DNA of 56,187 nucleotides from Seison nebaliae (Eukaryota): NCBI GenBank assembly GCA_023231475.1, contig JALJEE010002061.1, positions 62,001 to 118,187 of the forward strand, read 5' to 3'. Shown piece by piece: positions 51,208 to 56,187 of this stretch (position 1 is its first letter; each line of letters starts with the position of its first letter). The notes under the pieces were generated by a model. It saw only the letters and a program-made list of their open reading frames with translations, ran no database searches and was not told where the DNA came from. The position numbers and the translations under genes were made by a program.

Positions 51208-54200
51208 ATGAATTCGTCATTAAATTCGACGGTTCTCGAACCATCATCACCAACATCGATATTTGCATCTAATTTCTTCCTATTTGCCATGGCTGTCTTA
51301 TTGATGAGTTTATTAAAATTCCTATTTCCAATCGGATGTTTGACAATATTTTCATAGTGTCTTTTCAAGTGGGATACGCAGCTAAACAAATCGGTATAGT
51401 TTTTCCCCATCGACGTCCAATCATGATTATGCTTGGATATATTTTCGATATTTGTTTCCTCTTTTCTCTTATTTTGTTTTCAATTTCCACTTCTCAGGTA
51501 TTACGGCTGTTATATTTTTTACATTTGGATATGCATCTTCTGACAGTTCATTGGTGAAAGATGATGTTAAACAATTACAATACGACGGTTTCGAAGCTAG
51601 ACAAGAATCACGAGGAATAATTCGATCGTTCATTGGTAATCGAGGATTCTTCTTACATTATGGGACTAATTCTCCAATTTTCTTTTCATCAATTGCATGT
51701 CAAGTTTATGTTTTCAATTATTTCCCTTTTCATTTTAATCCTCATATATTATTAAAGTTTGCCATTGTTTGTTCGATGTCAATCATCGCAGGTGATACAG
51801 TTATTGGTCGAATAAAATTAATTTCAACATTTTGTATTAAAGTTGTTATGGTCGGTTTGGCTTATCCGTCTCAATTTCATTGGGTCTATTCACCATATGG
51901 TTGGTTAAATCGTGGTTTAAATGATCATTATGTTCAATTCAAAGTTAATAAATTTTAATTTATTTTAGAAATAAGAATTAAATAAAATTAGGATGCTGCC
52001 GGTGCTTCTACGATTCATTTATGTGGTGGAGTATTTTGTTTAGCTGGTTCGGCAGCACTTTTCACTCAACATCGTTTGAAGACTCATGTTAATCATCATT
52101 TCAGTAGAAGACAAGCGGATAGATCAGATTTCATTGGAAGGAATTCCGTTTTACCAGAAGAAACTTTTAGTCATGGCAAAGGAATGTATAATTGGGATGA
52201 ATCAAATTACGCTTTAACTTTCGTGCAGAAATTATCAGCCGTTTGTGGTGACAGATCACCATTTTTAGCTTTCTTTCCCAATCTGATGGTTAGAGAAACG
52301 AATAATGAAATTGATGCACCTTATTCTCTACACAAACAACAACCGATATACGAATCCGTCTTCGTATTATTGGGAACGATATTTATAATATTCGCTTTCG
52401 TTCTATTAAACATCACTGGCGTCTGCATTTCGACATGTGTCAAATATTTCAATACTGATCCATATGGAATTAATTGTTTATATCAAATATTCGAAGGAAG
52501 AAGTATTTATATTTTCATTAATACATTGGCAAGTTTTGTGGGTGCGGTTGGATCGTACATGTTGATTATTTCATTTAGTCATCGTTATAAAACCGAATAT
52601 TTAGCAACTGAACAAACTTCCCATTTAGACTCGTTGAATGCGAAACCACTTTCGAATAAAAATGAAAAACATGAGAAGAAGAAAGAGAATTTAAAATTAG
52701 TTGCGATGAACGCTGAAAAACAACGAGAACTCAATTTCTTCACTTTCTATTTTAACGATATGACACAATTAAGACATATGGTAGCTTCTGGTATTGGCGG
52801 TTTGGTATCAGCATCAGCATCCATAGACATCGAATATCCTTCTTTAGCATTCTTAATTGGAGCAGTCGGCGGATTCATCGTTTACAAATGGAGACAACAT
52901 ATCACTGAATATTATCATTTATTAGATCCAAACGATATCATTGCCATACATTTAGGTTGTGGTATATGGTCGTTGATAGCACGAGCGTTCGTCGATCCGG
53001 ATTTGGGAATATTATTCAAATACAATTCCTCATCATTTATTTTCTTTCTGTGGCAGGTCGTTGGAACATTCTCTATTATTATCTGGATTGGATTTCTCGC
53101 TTCCATCAGTTTCAATTTTCTTTGGAGTTCTGGTTTTCTCCAAATTGATTTTAATGTTTCTGATCAGAAATCTGATGCATATTGGTTCGATATGGCCCAT
53201 AAAGGTTCACCTGTTTAATTTATCATTTTCATTTATATCTTACAATTGTTAGATTATCAACAATTAAAATTCGATCAACAACGACATAAATTGCAGAAGG
53301 CGGCCTATTATGACGAATTGAATAAATTTGTAAGATTAGCTATTAATAATAAAGATTTCCGTCATATATTAAGGAAACCGTTCGAGCCACCAACATCGAA
53401 AGCTCAAACAGAAAAATTGAATAGGAAAATATTTTTGATGTTAGAATCGGCAGAAGAAAACGCAGAATGTTCCATTAATTTCAATGATAATTTATTGATT
53501 GACTCATTGCCAATATCGACTAATCATTTGGCGGACAATAAATATGAGGATGATGATTTGAACTTCCTTTCTGATTTCCTTTTGGAAAACGAAGAAGAAC
53601 ATAAAGATGATTACTTTCCAACAGATAACAGTATTTTCGATATATTTAGTATTGATGACACTAAAGAATGGGAAACTGAAAATATTTTAGAAGCTCCTAA
53701 TCCAGCCAATGAATGTGATACTTATCGATCAATTAAAGCAAATTGGCAACGTCATTTCAAAGAGAAAGTACCCCGACAAGTCCGCATTAGAAATCGACAT
53801 AAAACGGTTTTGACATCTGTGGAAGATTTTTCCGATTTCTTCAGGAAGAATTATAGGACAATTAACGTATTTGATGAGCACAATTGGGATATCTTACGAC
53901 GAAGAGAAAAAATTATGATGAAAAATTATATCACAAAATATAATATTAAAAGAATGACCGTGAAAGATGAAGAGGAAGAACCAATATTTTATAGAACTAT
54001 GTTGAAAGAAGGAGGCTCAGATATGGCTTTATTACAAAGGGATGGAAAATTAAATTTATCACCAGAACGACATTTTTTCTTGGACTTATACTTTCCAGAT
54101 ATTCAAATGATGCATCTTCAATTTGAGTCTTGGCTAATTCTGATGAAAATGAAATTCGCGAAATACGACCAACGTTTTTACGAAAGAACTCTCGAAGTTC

Positions 54201-54406
54201 TCCAGCAATTGGATAAAGATCGTCCTTTAGGAAATCGACAGAAGATTAAAACTATGTCACGTTTAAGCGAAAATATTCCGCCTCATATTAAGAAATATAT
54301 TAATAGCGTACTGACATCTGTAATAATTTCTGAGAAAACGAAGAAAGCTAAATTGAAAGCGAACACTATGAGAGATACTATTATTTCGAACTATGATATT
54401 GTATAA
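51208..54406 (+). CDS. Divergent ammonium transporter (Amt/Mep family) with long C-terminal extension
   Basis: Exons 51208-51307, 51358-51453, 51498-51703, 51758-51943, 51992-53204 and 53253-54406, ~984 aa. Amt motifs: FQVGYAAKQIG, FTFGYA, FIGNRGFFL, YP...HWVYSPYGWL, DAAGASTIHLCGG, GIGGLVSASAS, AFLIGAVGG, LDPNDIIAIHLGCGIW. Confidence 0.85.
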
Positions 54407-54605
54407 CATCATATGTGTTATTATGATAATAAAACTTATAATCAATATGTTAGGAATAACTTTTATAATTTCCATGTTTTACATGAACATACATATTGAA
54501 TAAAACACCACAAATATTTTTATATAACCATTTTGTTCTAAAAAAGAGTTAAAATTATGGGGGTTGTCTCGACAGGTGGTTGAATTCCCAGATAATTCTT
54601 AAAAT

Positions 54606-54611
54606 TATAAA
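54606..54611 (+). promoter_or_regulatory. Candidate TATA box for the secreted-protein gene
   Basis: TATAAA ~55 nt upstream of ATG 54664, with a matching AATAAA at 55203-55208 after the stop. Confidence 0.4.
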
Positions 54612-54663
54612 TGTTCGAAAATTTTTGAAGCTGTAGAACCTTCGCAAGAAGCAAACCATAAAC

Positions 54664-55155
54664 ATGAAATTCCTCGTAATTATATCTTTATTTATCATTG
54701 CAGTTTCAGCAACTCCTGTAGATTTTTTAAAATCTGTAGTTGCTGTTCAACATTTTACCGATAACTTAATTAACAAATTGGAAGAGCTCGAAAAAGATGT
54801 TAGTGATGCAAGAAAACTTCAATTCTTACAAGATTTTAAGATGCACGCGAAAAATCTTGCAATTACAATGGCACCACAAACAATTAGTATGTTAAAAAAT
54901 AAAATAAAATCTCATGATTTCCAAGGTGCAAAACAATTACTATCTCAATATGTTAAAAATTTTGCATCAAAAGCAAAAGATGTTGGTCAAAATATAATTA
55001 AAAAGTTAAAGAACAAATTCGGTCATTCCGAAGGTCGAGCTGCCGCTGATACTTTGAATCAATTTTTACAAGAAATCATCAACCATGTAAAAGGAATTGG
55101 AGCTAGTGTTGCTGCCCAAACTATTGACAAAATTCAAGGGACATTAGATGGTTAA
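54664..55155 (+). CDS. Secreted, Cys-free protein of repeated amphipathic helices (peptide precursor or lipid-binding protein)
   Basis: Intronless 163-aa ORF with classic signal peptide MKFLVIISLFIIAVSA|TP, good start context (aaacATG), TATA and polyA signals, and internal repeat QFLQ....H.K......A.QTI. Confidence 0.85.
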   Translation: MKFLVIISLFIIAVSATPVDFLKSVVAVQHFTDNLINKLEELEKDVSDARKLQFLQDFKMHAKNLAITMAPQTISMLKNKIKSHDFQGAKQLLSQYVKNFASKAKDVGQNIIKKLKNKFGHSEGRAAADTLNQFLQEIINHVKGIGASVAAQTIDKIQGTLDG

Positions 55156-56187
55156 ACATTGCAAAATGTTCAATATTATTACACTATTTCTTTACTCTAC
55201 CTAATAAAATATTAATGAAAATAGTTTTAAACCTCTTCAAATTCCTTAAAACCTTTTGAAATTAATCTATAATCCCCTAATCTAGAAAAATCCTTGATTT
55301 TTCGGATCTTTTACATGGTGTCAGATAGGCAAACCAGTAAAATGCAATATAATTTTAAGTTCAATAAATTTATTAAACTTAATCTTGTGCGAAACTATCG
55401 GACACATATGAGACAAAAAACTGTCTCAGGGTTTCTTAAAAGAAGCAGAAAACATCAAAGACGAACACGTAAAAGATCAATGGGAAAAAATTTTAGTGCG
55501 GAAGTGCAGTCGTATGTAGAGATAAAATATTTGAAATCTGTAAGAGAAATGTTTCGAGATAACCCATAGTATCTGACAGTGTATGTGAAAACGGAATGGG
55601 TGTGGAAAAATATGACTCTATTTATTTCCTTCCCTGTTGAAATGAAACTCTAGTATTCTAGTAATTAATTGTTATAAAAAATTGAAGAAAAATTATAAAT
55701 AATTGGTTTTCTACTAGCTTTTTAGTAGATAATAATGGAATTCTTAATTATTTACTATCGATATACTGGGAAAAAACTAAGAAATCTCTCATTCAGAAAT
55801 AACTCTGGAAATTGTAAACCCATAACACATACACACGCTCATAAAATAACAATATGATTATTTAAGAGAAACCAAGCAATGAGGAGTTCTTGTCATAGTT
55901 TTAATAAATTTTAAAAAAAATTATTGGAAAATAGTCCTTCCGAATTCCTAATAATTAATGATTCAAGTAAAAAATTCCAAATATAAAATGAAAAGGTATT
56001 TTTTAAATTGAATGAATGAATTAAATAGTTAATAATAATAAAAGACAAAATTTAAGAAATAATAATAAAAAATTTATATTCGTAAATAATTTATATCTCA
56101 AGTGTAGTATTCATCCGATTCTTTCATCTTCCTGGAATAATAATGAAATTATTATAATAATTAAATATTAAAGAAAAAAGAATTTTT

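Noticed and set aside
52048..52058. ttcggcagcac resembling the U6 snRNA 5' end
   Set aside because: It lies inside an Amt coding exon and the rest of U6 is absent.
53246..54406. Stand-alone 386-aa gene as given in the ORF track
   Set aside because: It starts at a TTG within a predicted intron and is better explained as the last Amt exon.
55294..55569. 91-aa basic ORF, with a zinc-knuckle-like fragment (CETIGHI) in another frame and a 7-bp hairpin tgagaca-N6-tgtctca at 55409-55428
   Set aside because: Non-ATG start and an incomplete motif with stops. No LTR, TIR or other retroelement domain is nearby, so it is too weak to call a transposon relic.

Overview
Very AT-rich eukaryotic DNA from an invertebrate animal. 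By inference it is a compact-genome spiralian, since it has nou-darake-type FGFRL genes, ~48-nt introns and GTT-starting donors. It is not prokaryotic, so most short ORF-track entries are noise and several real genes are split across exons. Eleven genes can be supported, in order: (1) a 5'-truncated EPLIN/LIMA1/XIRP2-like LIM protein, (2-3) a tail-to-tail pair of kinase-less FGFRL1/nou-darake-like receptors flanked by long gene-free stretches, (4) MTHFSD/lost, (5) a shortened L-fucokinase, (6) SPMIP1/ATP6V1FNB with a perfect RFX X-box, (7) a TEL/Yan (ETV6-like) factor whose PNT domain sits in two small exons 3.7 kb upstream, (8) a Gln-rich orphan, (9) a five-exon CHIC gene absent from the ORF track, (10) a highly divergent ammonium-transporter gene spliced to a ~385-aa unknown cytoplasmic tail, and (11) a secreted protein built of repeated amphipathic helices. 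The best novelty candidates are the Amt-plus-tail protein with a degenerate gate (possible sensor), the signal-peptide-less FGFRL pair, the amphipathic-peptide precursor and the non-consensus short-intron class. All family assignments and exon models were made by eye and were not checked against databases.
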